Source: Elusimicrobiota bacterium
GTDB taxonomy: Bacteria; Elusimicrobiota; Elusimicrobia; UBA1565; UBA9628
Reading direction: 5' to 3'
Length of the DNA: 64,000 bases
Assembly (NCBI GenBank): GCA_031423795.1
Contig: JANPGH010000114.1
Span: 14,153 to 78,152 of the forward strand
Shown here: piece by piece, positions 9,762 through 19,223 of the stretch
Layout: every line of letters begins with the position of its first letter
Position numbering within the stretch: position 1 is the stretch's first letter
The notes under the pieces: generated by a model
What the model saw: only the letters and a program-made list of their open reading frames with translations
Told to the model about the DNA's origin: nothing
The model's database searches: none
Made by a program: the position numbers and the translations under genes

Positions 9762-11247
9762 ACTCGGGTCGTCGCCGCTGCGCCTGGAGGACATGTCCTC
9801 GGCGGCGCAAGGGCGTCGCCGCATCGTCTTGACCTCCGGAGCGCTCGGCCGTATCGCTGCGTCGCGGCGGGTGCTGGAAAAAGCGATGTCATCCGGTCAG
9901 GCGCTCTACGGAGTCAACACCGGTTTCGGGGAATTGGCGCAAACCCGTATTTCGCAGGTGCGACTCGCCCAGGTCCAGCGCAACTTGGTTTTATCCCATG
10001 CTTGCGGTGTCGGCGAACTTTTGGATCCGGCCGAATCCCGCGCCATTTTATTCCTTCGCCTTAACGAATTGGCGCGAGGATATTCCGGAGTCCGACCGAC
10101 ACTGGTGCGCCACTTGGCGCGCATTTTCGTCGCGGGGATCGTTCCGATCATCCCGAGCCGCGGCTCCGTCGGCGCCAGCGGCGACTTAGCGCCTCAAGCG
10201 CATTTAGCCTTAGCCGTCATCGGCGAAGGCGACGTGTTTTTAAACGGACGCCGCCTTCCGGCGGCTAATGCCTTGAAGCGCGCTGGACTCAAGCCCTTCG
10301 TCTTGTCGGCCAAAGAGGGATTAGCACTTCTCAACGGCACGCAGGCGATGCAGTCCGTCGGGGGCTTTTCGCTGCTGGGCGCGGAGAGAGTCTGGCGTGC
10401 GGCCCAGCTTGCCTGCGCTGCCAGTCTCGATGCGCTCACCGGAACTCCGGCGCCTTACGACTCAGCGATACAGGCTTTGAAGCCTCATCCTGGTCAAATC
10501 GCTGCCGCGCGTGGATTGCGCCGACTACTGGCGAGTTCGGCGATACGCCGTTCCCACGTCGTCGACGATCCTAGGGTACAGGATTCATATTCCCTGCGTT
10601 GCGCGCCTCAGGTACACGGCGCGGTTTTTGATCGCCTGACCGAAGCTCGGCACACAGTCGAGATCGAGATGCACTCAGTCACGGACAACCCTCTCGTCTC
10701 CGGCGGACGCGTGATTTCGGGAGGGAATTTCCACGGCCAGGCGCTCTCATTTGCCTTCGACTCAGCCGCGGGAGCTCTCACCGCGCTTGCCAATATCTCC
10801 GAGCGCCGCACCTTTCAGGTCACCGCGGGGCAAGCGCCGCGTCTAAAACCTTTTTTGACGAATGACGCCGGTGTGGAGTCCGGCTACATGATCGCCCAGT
10901 ATGTCGCCGCAGCGCTCGCGTCCGAGAACAAGACCCTGGCCCACCCCGCATCGGCCGACTCGATCCCGACTTCCGCGAACAAGGAAGATTTCGTGAGCAT
11001 GGGCATGTGGTCGGCGCTCAAGCTCAAGCGCGTGGTCTGGAACGCGGCCCAAGTGGTTGCTATCGAGCTGGTCTGTGCGGCCCAGGCTATCGAATTCCAT
11101 CGCCCACTTCGATCGGGCGCCGGTGTTGAGAAGGGCCTGGCGATACTGCGTTCAAAAGTGAAGGCGACCAGGCGCGATGAAGTCCTGTCCGGCCGCCTGG
11201 AAGATGCCCGCGAAATGGTCTTGTCCGGCGCTTTCGACGCGGCCTAG
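9718..11247 (+). CDS. hutH: Histidine ammonia-lyase
   Basis: [25 protein letters not shown] carries the Ala-Ser-Gly MIO-forming triad. The N-terminus aligns with HAL (..LRLEDM..). The chosen ATG start overlaps the thiolase end by 44 nt. An alternative ATG at 9793 would truncate the conserved N-terminus. Confidence 0.85.
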   Translation: MAAGRRSPLPSSAFKLGSSPLRLEDMSSAAQGRRRIVLTSGALGRIAASRRVLEKAMSSGQALYGVNTGFGELAQTRISQVRLAQVQRNLVLSHACGVGELLDPAESRAILFLRLNELARGYSGVRPTLVRHLARIFVAGIVPIIPSRGSVGASGDLAPQAHLALAVIGEGDVFLNGRRLPAANALKRAGLKPFVLSAKEGLALLNGTQAMQSVGGFSLLGAERVWRAAQLACAASLDALTGTPAPYDSAIQALKPHPGQIAAARGLRRLLASSAIRRSHVVDDPRVQDSYSLRCAPQVHGAVFDRLTEARHTVEIEMHSVTDNPLVSGGRVISGGNFHGQALSFAFDSAAGALTALANISERRTFQVTAGQAPRLKPFLTNDAGVESGYMIAQYVAAALASENKTLAHPASADSIPTSANKEDFVSMGMWSALKLKRVVWNAAQVVAIELVCAAQAIEFHRPLRSGAGVEKGLAILRSKVKATRRDEVLSGRLEDAREMVLSGAFDAA

Positions 11248-11248
11248 T

Positions 11249-12895
11249 ATGCGCACGATCCGGGCGCAGCGCGGCAATAAGATTTCCTGCAAGGGTTGGC
11301 ACCAGGAAGCCGCCCTGCGCATGCTGATGAACAATCTCGACTCCGAGGTCGCTGAGCGTCCCGGAGATCTCGTCGTCTACGGCGGACGCGGCAAGGCGGC
11401 GCGCAATTGGGCCTGTTACGACGCGATCGTCAAATCCTTGAGGACGCTTGGTAACGACGAGACCTTGCTGGTCCAGTCCGGCAAGCCCGTCGCGGTGATG
11501 AAAACTCATGACCAGGCGCCGCGCGTACTGATTGCCAACTCGAATTTGGTCGGCAAATGGGCTACTTGGGAGCATTTCGACGAACTCGATAAAAAAGGGC
11601 TAATGATGTACGGCCAGATGACCGCGGGGTCGTGGATATACATCGGTACCCAAGGCATTCTCCAAGGCACTTACGAAACTTTTGCCGCCGCCGCGAAGCG
11701 GCATTTCGGCGGATCTTTGTCTGGGCGGCTTGTCGTTTCGGCCGGTCTGGGTGGCATGGGCGGAGCTCAGCCTTTGGCCGCGACCATGAATGGTGCGGTT
11801 TTTCTTGGCGTCGAAGTCGATGCGTCCCGACTTCGCTTCCGGTTGAAGACCGGATATTTGGATTGCATCGAAGAGAATTTGGACAAGGCGCTGGAGCGAG
11901 TGATCCGGGCTAAACAGAAGCGCCAATCTATTTCCGTTGGTCTGCTTGGGAACGCTGCCGAAATCATTCCCGAATTGGCAAAACGACGCATTGAAGTGGA
12001 TATTTTGACGGATCAAACGTCCGCTCATGACCCGCTTTACGGATATATACCGAAGGGATATACGTTAGAGCAGGCTGCTTCACTGAGGAAAAAAGATTCG
12101 AAGGAGTATGTGAAGCGCTCCATTCGGTCGATGGGACTTCATGTCGAGGGCATGCTCGCCCTCCAAAAACAAGGGACGATTACTTTCGACTACGGCAACA
12201 ATATCCGCGCCCGCGCCGTCGAGGCGGGGGTCAAAAATGCCTTCAACATCCACGGCTTCGTTCCCGAATACATCCGCCCGTTGTTTTGCGAAGGCAAAGG
12301 CCCTTTCCGTTGGGCGGCCTTGTCCGGCGATCCTGAAGATATCCGGAAGACGGACCGAGAAGTGTTGGCGGCATTTCCCAAAAACGAATCCCTTCGACGC
12401 TGGATCGACCTCGCCGGTAAACGCGTCGCGTTTCAAGGGCTTCCCGCCCGCATCTGTTGGCTTGGCTACGGTGAACGCGCCGAATTCGGGCGCCGTTTGA
12501 ATTGGCTCGTGCGCAAAGGCAAGGTCGCAGCGCCCATCGTCATCGGCCGCGATCATCTCGACGCCGGTTCGGTGGCCAGTCCCAATCGCGAGACCGAAGC
12601 CATGCGCGACGGCTCGGACGCCGTGGCTGACTGGCCAATTCTCAATGCGCTCGTGTCCACCGCCTCCGGCGCATCTTGGGTCAGCTTCCACCACGGTGGA
12701 GGCGTCGGCATGGGCTATTCACTCCATGCGGGCCAGGTTATTGTCGCCGACGGCACGTCCGCGATGGACGAGCGTTTGACTCGTGTGCTGACCAACGATC
12801 CCGGCATAGGTGTTGTCCGCCACTTCGACGCTGGTTATCCCGAAGCCAAAGCTTTCGTCCGCAAAAATCCTTCGATCAAAATCCCGATGAGATAG
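11249..12895 (+). CDS. hutU: Urocanate hydratase
   Basis: [31 protein letters not shown]...[17 protein letters not shown], the urocanase family signature. Starts 1 nt after the hutH stop. Confidence 0.9.
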   Translation: MRTIRAQRGNKISCKGWHQEAALRMLMNNLDSEVAERPGDLVVYGGRGKAARNWACYDAIVKSLRTLGNDETLLVQSGKPVAVMKTHDQAPRVLIANSNLVGKWATWEHFDELDKKGLMMYGQMTAGSWIYIGTQGILQGTYETFAAAAKRHFGGSLSGRLVVSAGLGGMGGAQPLAATMNGAVFLGVEVDASRLRFRLKTGYLDCIEENLDKALERVIRAKQKRQSISVGLLGNAAEIIPELAKRRIEVDILTDQTSAHDPLYGYIPKGYTLEQAASLRKKDSKEYVKRSIRSMGLHVEGMLALQKQGTITFDYGNNIRARAVEAGVKNAFNIHGFVPEYIRPLFCEGKGPFRWAALSGDPEDIRKTDREVLAAFPKNESLRRWIDLAGKRVAFQGLPARICWLGYGERAEFGRRLNWLVRKGKVAAPIVIGRDHLDAGSVASPNRETEAMRDGSDAVADWPILNALVSTASGASWVSFHHGGGVGMGYSLHAGQVIVADGTSAMDERLTRVLTNDPGIGVVRHFDAGYPEAKAFVRKNPSIKIPMR

Positions 12896-12911
12896 GAGCC
12901 AGTTTAGGATC

Positions 12912-13748
12912 ATGCGATTTATTGCCGTTTTGATGTTCGCCGGATTCGCCGCGCACGGCGCGTGGGCGAAATCCCCCGGTTTTATTCGACGAGAGAGTAG
13001 TGTTGACCGTGTGGCTTGCAAATCGGCCAATGGAGTAACGACCATATTCATCGAAATCAGATCGAGTACGACGATCAAATGTGATTGGCAGAGGAAAGGG
13101 CAAGACATGAGCGCAAAAGGTTCTTGCGTGACTCGGATCAATCTCGCGAAGAAAGCCGGGGCCGTATGCCAAAAATATCTTACGGTCGCAAGAAAACCCG
13201 CGATCTACTTATATCCGAAGAAACCCATGCAAGTCGACGTCAAGCTTTCTTTCCATGGGAAATTGACCGTCACATACCCGGACTACGATTCCGCAAAAGG
13301 CGGGTGGACCGTCAAAGCGTTTCCCGACGGCCAATTGATCAATGCGGCGGACGGGAAGACCTACTCATATATATTTTGGGAGGGGACTCCGTCGGAGGGC
13401 GCGTCCTACGACCTTTCGACCGGATTTGTCGTCGCCGCCGCCGACACCAAGTCTTTTTTACAGAAAACCCTGCCGGAACTGGGACTGATCCCGAAGGAAT
13501 ACAGCGAGTTCATCGTCTACTGGCTGCCGATACTCCAGAAAAATCCGTACAATCTCATTCACTTCGCCGGCGCAGACTATGAAAAAACCGCGCCGCTCCA
13601 AGTGACGCCGAAGCCGGATTCGGTATTGCGTGTTTTTATGGTGTACATGCCGTTGAAATTGCCCATTCAAGTCAAACCCCAGGCGATCGTGTCGTTCAAA
13701 AGGACCGGATTTAGCGTGGTGGAATGGGGCGGACTCGGGCTAAACTAA
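12912..13748 (+). CDS. Hypothetical secreted protein with a signal peptide
   Basis: N-terminal MRFIAVLMFAGFAAHGAWA signal. No recognisable motif. Sits inside the hut cluster. Confidence 0.55.
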   Translation: MRFIAVLMFAGFAAHGAWAKSPGFIRRESSVDRVACKSANGVTTIFIEIRSSTTIKCDWQRKGQDMSAKGSCVTRINLAKKAGAVCQKYLTVARKPAIYLYPKKPMQVDVKLSFHGKLTVTYPDYDSAKGGWTVKAFPDGQLINAADGKTYSYIFWEGTPSEGASYDLSTGFVVAAADTKSFLQKTLPELGLIPKEYSEFIVYWLPILQKNPYNLIHFAGADYEKTAPLQVTPKPDSVLRVFMVYMPLKLPIQVKPQAIVSFKRTGFSVVEWGGLGLN

Positions 13749-13759
13749 AGAGGTGACTT

Positions 13760-14257
13760 ATGGCCAGCGATTATTCCTTTGACGCCGTTTCCGACGTTGA
13801 TCTCAATCTGGTCTCCGAAGTCGTCGCCGTCGCGATGAAGGAGATCGCCAACCGTTTCGACTTGAAAGGCGCCAACGCGTCGATTGAGCTTGTGCAAAAA
13901 GACAAGAAGCTTATCGTGCGCGCCGCCGACGAGTACAAGGCCGAACAGGTCTACGATGTCTTATTGACCCGCCTGGCAAAGCGCGGCCTGCCGCTTAAGA
14001 ACTTCACCAAGGGCAAGGTTGAAGCCGCCCTGGGCCAGACCGGGCGCGTCGACGTCGCCATCGCCTCCGGTATTCCGACCGAAAAGGCCAAAAAAATCCA
14101 ACAGGCCATCCGCGATGCCAAGCTGAAGGTAAACGCCCAAATCCAAGACGGCCAGCTGCGTGTCTCCAGCAAGTCCAAGGACGAACTCCAGGCCGCCATG
14201 CAGATGTTGCGTTCGGGAACTTGGGAGTTGGACCTGCAGTTTAAGAACTTCCGTTAA
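13760..14257 (+). CDS. yajQ: YajQ-family (UPF0234/DUF520) nucleotide-binding protein
   Basis: MASDYSFDAVSDVDLNLVSEVVAVAMKEIANRFDLKGANASIEL..., the characteristic YajQ N-terminus. 165 aa. Confidence 0.8.
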   Translation: MASDYSFDAVSDVDLNLVSEVVAVAMKEIANRFDLKGANASIELVQKDKKLIVRAADEYKAEQVYDVLLTRLAKRGLPLKNFTKGKVEAALGQTGRVDVAIASGIPTEKAKKIQQAIRDAKLKVNAQIQDGQLRVSSKSKDELQAAMQMLRSGTWELDLQFKNFR

Positions 14258-14260
14258 AGT

Positions 14261-15409
14261 TTACAGAGCTTGGGCGCGCGCCAAGGCCTGAGTCCAAGGC
14301 AAAATCTCAATTCCGGTCGCGAGTTTTCGGGGCGTATGATCGTTTAGCGACGCCACAATCAGCGGGACTTTGGGAAAGCGGGCGTGAAAGGCGCGGTAGG
14401 TCTGTGGGCTGATTTGGCCCTGGCCGGTTTTGCATTCGATCGCCAATAGTGGTCCGTGACCGCCCGTGATCAGAACGTCGACTTCGTGGCTTCCTTCCCG
14501 CCAGAAAGAGAACTCGTGGTCTTTGTTGGCGTAATCCCTCAGCCGGCGGAGTTCACGCACAAACCAGGCCTCAAAAAGGAACCCCATTTCGTCCGGAGTG
14601 GGGGAATCGTTCAGGCGGTTTTGGAGAGCGCGGATCACCCCGCAGTCAAAAAAATAAAACTTAGGGCGCGCTTTTTTACGTTCGCTCCGGTCCCAAGGCC
14701 ATAAAAAATCTCCCAGCAAGGTGTCTTCCAGGATCGAGTAGTACTCTTTGACCGTGCTGGCGGGCACGGAGCATTCGCGAGAGATGTTGGCAAATTCCAG
14801 GACCTGAGCGTTGCCTTGAACCGCCACCTGTAGAAAACGCTGGAACGCGCCGATGTTTCGGGTCAACGCTTCCGACTGTATTTCTTCTTTGATGTAGGTC
14901 GTGGAGTAAGACCGCAGAAGAGATTTTGCCTCTTCGGCGTCTTGATCCGCTAAATATTGCGACACCTTGGGAAGCGTACCGAAGTGGCAGGCATTCTGGA
15001 TATTGAAATACCCGCCTAATTCAACGTTGGTTAAAGGATGGAGCTTGATGTCTTTTGCGCGCCCGCCAAGAAGGTTCGCCCCGCCGCGCTTCAATTTGCG
15101 TGCGCTTGAGCCGGACAGAATAAACCGCAGATGTTTCTCTTCGATGCCCTTTTGGACATAGTCGAGAAGCGCCGGGACGCGTTGCACCTCATCTAAGATG
15201 ACCAAGGCCGTCGGTTTTAAGGCGGAGAGCTGCTCCCAGAATAGGCGCGGACTTTGCCGGAGTGTGAGCTCTATTTCCGGATCGAGAAGGTCAACGTATA
15301 GATCAGCCGACAATTCTCGCAGCAAGGAAGTTTTCCCGGTCATTCGGGGGCCGAAGAGGAAGGCAGATCGAGGCAGTGGGGTCAGGTGGAGGGTGCGCTT
15401 GAAAAGCAT
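14261..15409 (-). CDS. AAA+ ATPase of the AAA_14/DUF4143 family
   Basis: Walker A at the N-terminus (FGPRMTGKTSLLRE), Walker B (VILDEVQ). 382 aa, typical of this family. Confidence 0.75.
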   Translation of the reverse strand: MLFKRTLHLTPLPRSAFLFGPRMTGKTSLLRELSADLYVDLLDPEIELTLRQSPRLFWEQLSALKPTALVILDEVQRVPALLDYVQKGIEEKHLRFILSGSSARKLKRGGANLLGGRAKDIKLHPLTNVELGGYFNIQNACHFGTLPKVSQYLADQDAEEAKSLLRSYSTTYIKEEIQSEALTRNIGAFQRFLQVAVQGNAQVLEFANISRECSVPASTVKEYYSILEDTLLGDFLWPWDRSERKKARPKFYFFDCGVIRALQNRLNDSPTPDEMGFLFEAWFVRELRRLRDYANKDHEFSFWREGSHEVDVLITGGHGPLLAIECKTGQGQISPQTYRAFHARFPKVPLIVASLNDHTPRKLATGIEILPWTQALARAQAL

Positions 15410-15511
15410 TAAATATATATAACATGTACATATTATTTAATCAAGTTAAATAACATTTACATATTATTTAAAATTACTCGACACATAGTTCAATGCTCAA
15501 AGACTTATCGC
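15410..15511. promoter_or_regulatory. Low-GC (~25%) divergent promoter/operator island. Contains a 14-bp direct repeat and an 8-bp inverted repeat.
   Basis: TACATATTATTTAA occurs at 15428-15441 and 15459-15472. TTATTTAA-tcaag-TTAAATAA is an inverted repeat. The region lies between the divergent starts of the AAA ATPase (15409, minus strand) and ORF 15512 (plus strand). Confidence 0.35.
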
Positions 15512-15913
15512 GTGGTGAATGTGGCCAACGCCGCCGCCGGGCAGGGAGGAACGAATATTTGTGCGGCGTTGGAGAAAAAACTACCGGACTTCATGGGTTC
15601 GCGCGTTGCGCGTGGCGCCAAGATCAAGAGTAAGGTATTGGTCACTGGCGGCGCCAACCAAGGTTCCATCGTTCGCGACGGCACCGAATGGACGACCACG
15701 GAGAGGATGAAAACAATATTAGCCCAGTACGCGGCAGCGGGAATCGAGGTCGCCACCCTGAACGGTCCCCATCAGCATTTCGTCCGCATCAATGCCATGC
15801 GCAGCGAGGACATCGCCGAAACGCTCGCGAAGCTGGCGGAGCTCAGCGGACGCGGCGCACGAATCCCCGATGGCGAGCTAAATGGCATCTTGCGGATTAC
15901 TCCACCCAAATGA
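15512..15913 (+). CDS. Hypothetical protein, 133 aa
   Basis: ORF with typical codon usage. No recognisable motif. The start is uncertain (ORF-track start 15512). Confidence 0.4.
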   Translation: MVNVANAAAGQGGTNICAALEKKLPDFMGSRVARGAKIKSKVLVTGGANQGSIVRDGTEWTTTERMKTILAQYAAAGIEVATLNGPHQHFVRINAMRSEDIAETLAKLAELSGRGARIPDGELNGILRITPPK

Positions 15914-15948
15914 AGACGACGGGCTGACCGGGGCCCGATTTCGTAGAA

Positions 15949-17208
15949 TTGGGCTCCATGGCGACCTTAGTCCTACATGCGCGACAGCTTCTGACAATGG
16001 GAGGGACAGAGTCGCCGCGCGCGGGGAAAAATAAGGCCTCGACTGGACTTTTACGCGACGGGGCGGTGTTGATCGAGGCGGGGCGAATACTTGCCGCGGG
16101 ACCCAAAGAGCGTGTGCTTCAACATCCTCAGGCACGCGCAGCAAAAACGATCAGCGCTCACGGGCATGTGGTGACCCCCGGATTCGTCGACGCTCACACT
16201 CATCCGGTCTTCGCCGCACCTAGGCTCGATGATCACGAGATGCGCGCGGCGGGGGCCAGTTACCAGGAAATCGCCAGCCGCGGCGGCGGGATTTTGCAGA
16301 CCGTCAATAGCGTGCGCGGAACGTCCGAAGGGGATTTGGTCGCAGGATTGCGTAAGCGTTCCCTGGATTTTTTGGCGTGCGGGACGACTACGATCGAGGG
16401 AAAATCCGGCTATGGGCTCGACCTCGATAACGAGCTCAAAATGCTACGCGCGATGCGCACGGTCAGCGAGATGGGTCCGCTCGAAATCGTGCCGACCATG
16501 CTTGCCGCGCATGCCTTGCCGCCCGAGATGGCGGGGCGGAAATCGGAATACTTGGACCGGGTGTGCTGGGACATGATTCCGCAGGCCGCCTCCGGCGGAC
16601 TCGCTAAATTCGTTGATATATTTTGCGAAGCAAATTATTTTGATTTGGCCGATCTTGAGCGCGTGGCCACGGCGGCGAAATCATCCGGACTCGCGCTCAA
16701 GGTCCACAGCGAACAATTGACCAGAATGGGGAGCTTCCCGGAGTCACTCAAGTTGGGCGCGGTCTCCGTCGATCATTTAGACCTCGCCGATCCGAAGCAT
16801 TTTGCCGATTTGGCCGTCGGGCGCACCGTCGCCTGCCTCGTTCCCGGCTCAAATTACTTCTTAAACAAGCCTTATCCGAACGCGCGGGGGCTGCTCGATG
16901 CCGGGGCGGCGGTGGCATTGGCCACCGACTATAATCCGGGAACATGCCCCTGCTGGGATATGCGCGCGATCATTTCGATCGCCTGCACCCAGATGAAAAT
17001 GACGCCGGCCGAGGCCTTGGTAGCGGCGACGATCAACGGGGCTCACGCGGCTGGCGTGGCGGTGACCCACGGGTCGCTTGAGCCGGGAAAAGTCGCCGAC
17101 CTAGTTTGCCACGATGTCGAGGATTGGCGGGAACTCGCCTACTGGTTCGGTTCACCCAAAATTCGCTGGACGATGAAGCGCGGCGAGATCGTTTCTGGGA
17201 CGGCATGA
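15949..17208 (+). CDS. hutI: Imidazolonepropionase
   Basis: HVVTPGFVDAHTHPVFAA metal-binding motif. Amidohydrolase fold; other HutI-like segments include ...KVHSEQL..., ...ATDYNPGT. Confidence 0.88.
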   Translation: MGSMATLVLHARQLLTMGGTESPRAGKNKASTGLLRDGAVLIEAGRILAAGPKERVLQHPQARAAKTISAHGHVVTPGFVDAHTHPVFAAPRLDDHEMRAAGASYQEIASRGGGILQTVNSVRGTSEGDLVAGLRKRSLDFLACGTTTIEGKSGYGLDLDNELKMLRAMRTVSEMGPLEIVPTMLAAHALPPEMAGRKSEYLDRVCWDMIPQAASGGLAKFVDIFCEANYFDLADLERVATAAKSSGLALKVHSEQLTRMGSFPESLKLGAVSVDHLDLADPKHFADLAVGRTVACLVPGSNYFLNKPYPNARGLLDAGAAVALATDYNPGTCPCWDMRAIISIACTQMKMTPAEALVAATINGAHAAGVAVTHGSLEPGKVADLVCHDVEDWRELAYWFGSPKIRWTMKRGEIVSGTA

Positions 17209-17900
17209 AGGTCCTGCTCTTCGACATCGACGGAACGTTGATTCGCGCCGGCGGGTCGGGGCGCAAGGCGCTTAACCGCGCGGCCGAATCGCTGTACGGC
17301 GTGGCCAATGCCTGCTCGGAGTTATCGCTTGCCGGGCGCACTGATCTTTTTAATTTCGGCGAGGCATATCGCTTTGCCACCGGGAAAAAGGCGTCGGCGG
17401 CGGAGGTCGAGAAGCTGCATTTAGAGTACCTGAAGCATTTGCCGTTTTATGTGCGCTCCGCCCTCCGCAAGGGGGCGTATGAGATCCCGGCCGGGCTGGA
17501 AGTCCTGCTCAAGCGCCTGAGTCAAGATAAGCGCGTTTTGCTGGGTCTGGGAACTGGAAACATGGAAAAAGGCGCACGCATCAAGCTCGAGCCGTCGGGC
17601 TTCAATAAATATTTTTTGTTCGGCGGCTACGGGTCGGACTCGTTCCATCGCCATGCGCTGCTGATGAAAGCCGTCTCCCGGGCCAAGAAATTATCGACCG
17701 GCCCAATTCAAAAGCGCGATGTGTATGTGATCGGGGACACGCCCTTCGACGTGTCCGCCGGGAAGAAAGCGGGCTTCAAGACGGTGGCCGTCGGTACGGG
17801 ATTCGCCGATTGGTCGCAGTTGAAAGCCGCAAAGCCGGACCACTTAGCGCGCGATTTCAAGGACCTTCATAAATGGCTGAACTGGTTCGAGCTGAGCTAA
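17205..17900 (+). CDS. HAD-superfamily hydrolase
   Basis: MKVLLFDIDGTLI (motif I, DxDGT) ... VIGDTPFDV (motif IV). The ATG overlaps the hutI stop (ATGA). Confidence 0.7.
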   Translation: MKVLLFDIDGTLIRAGGSGRKALNRAAESLYGVANACSELSLAGRTDLFNFGEAYRFATGKKASAAEVEKLHLEYLKHLPFYVRSALRKGAYEIPAGLEVLLKRLSQDKRVLLGLGTGNMEKGARIKLEPSGFNKYFLFGGYGSDSFHRHALLMKAVSRAKKLSTGPIQKRDVYVIGDTPFDVSAGKKAGFKTVAVGTGFADWSQLKAAKPDHLARDFKDLHKWLNWFELS

Positions 17901-19210
17901 AGTCCGCGGCGGACGCCTCCGCGCTGGCCGAGAAGGTCGCGGCAGCGGCCCCGCGCGCATTGATGCCAACCCATCGTCGGGTCTCGATTTTGAACGCGGT
18001 CGCCGCCGCGTTGGAACGTGACACGGAAACTTACGCGCGGCTGATCGTTGAGGAAGTCCAAAAACCGTTAAAAGACGCGCGTCGCGAAGCGACCCGCGGG
18101 GCGATGACGTTTCGATTGGCGGCAGAAGAAGCCTCAAGGCAGCGCGGCGAAGTCCTTCCGCTAGACCTGGACGAAGCGTCCGAAGGGCGTTGGGCGATCG
18201 CCCGTCGCTTTTCGCGCGGTCCGGCACTATTCATCACCCCGTTCAATTTTCCGCTGAATCTTGTTGCGCACAAAGTCGCGCCCGCCGTCGCCGTCGGTCT
18301 GCCCTTTGTCCTGAAGCCCGATCCGCGTGGCCGGCGTACCGCCGCCAAGCTTCTTGAGACGTTAATAGTCGCGGGGTGGCCAGTTGACGCGGCCATTCTC
18401 GCCGAAGGCGAGATCGCCGCCATCGAGGCGCTGGTGTCAGACGATTGTTTAAAAATACTCTCGTTCACCGGCTCGAGCAAGGTCGGCTGGCACTTAAAAT
18501 CTCTCGCCGGGAAGAAACATTGCGTGCTTGAACTGGGCGGCGATGCGGGAGTGTTTGTCGGCGCCGACGCGGACCTTCCGTGGGCCGCCGCGCGCTGCGC
18601 GTGGGGGGCCTACTCTTATTCGGGCCAAAGCTGTATCTCGGTGCAGCGTATTTTTGTCGAAAAGGCGGTTCATTCGGAGTTCCGTAAATTGCTCGTGCAA
18701 AATATCGCGGAGCTAAAGTCCGGTGACCCTGGCGACGAGGCGACCGACGTGGGGCCGTTGATTGATGAAGCGGCGGCGACGCGCGTCGAGAATTGGATCA
18801 AGGAGTGCGTCGCCGCAGGCGCCAAGCTTTGGGCCGGCGGTCCGCGACGCGGGGCGTTTTTACCGCCGGCGCTGCTGGAAGGTGTTCCGGTGGACGCCAA
18901 GCTCGCCTGTGAAGAGGCTTTCGGTCCCGTCGCGATCTTGGAAGCTGTCGATTCTCGAGAGCGCGCTCTCGAGTGCTTGGGGCAAAGCCGCTATGGCCTG
19001 CAAGCCGGGATTTTCACGAATGATTTGGCGTTTGTCCATCGTGCCCATGCGCGGTTGCCGGTCGGTGGCATCATCGTCAATGACGTTCCAGCTTGGCGCT
19101 CCGACGCGATGCCCTACGGAGGGCAAGGCGATTCGGGGCTGGGACGCGAAGGTGTGCGCTCGGCGATGGAAGAATACACGGAAGTGCGGACCTTGGTGAT
19201 GTCGTCGTGA
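17873..19210 (+). CDS. NAD(P)-dependent aldehyde dehydrogenase family protein
   Basis: ALDH motifs: LELGGDAGVFVGADADL (ELGG; in canonical ALDHs the catalytic Glu), GQSCISVQRIFV (catalytic Cys), EEAFGPV. Confidence 0.8.
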   Translation: MAELVRAELKSAADASALAEKVAAAAPRALMPTHRRVSILNAVAAALERDTETYARLIVEEVQKPLKDARREATRGAMTFRLAAEEASRQRGEVLPLDLDEASEGRWAIARRFSRGPALFITPFNFPLNLVAHKVAPAVAVGLPFVLKPDPRGRRTAAKLLETLIVAGWPVDAAILAEGEIAAIEALVSDDCLKILSFTGSSKVGWHLKSLAGKKHCVLELGGDAGVFVGADADLPWAAARCAWGAYSYSGQSCISVQRIFVEKAVHSEFRKLLVQNIAELKSGDPGDEATDVGPLIDEAAATRVENWIKECVAAGAKLWAGGPRRGAFLPPALLEGVPVDAKLACEEAFGPVAILEAVDSRERALECLGQSRYGLQAGIFTNDLAFVHRAHARLPVGGIIVNDVPAWRSDAMPYGGQGDSGLGREGVRSAMEEYTEVRTLVMSS

Positions 19211-19223
19211 GGGGGAGGACGCT

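Noticed and set aside
14261-14300. Palindrome CTTGGGCGCGCGCCAAG at the yajQ / AAA-ATPase convergent junction, considered as a terminator
   Set aside because: It lies within the last codons of the ATPase gene and has no flanking U-tract. Plausible but unsupported.
15421-15475. Short AT-rich direct repeats (TACATATTATTTAA twice) considered as a possible CRISPR array
   Set aside because: Only two copies, 14 bp long, with no regular repeat-spacer periodicity and no cas genes nearby. Better explained as operator or promoter repeats.
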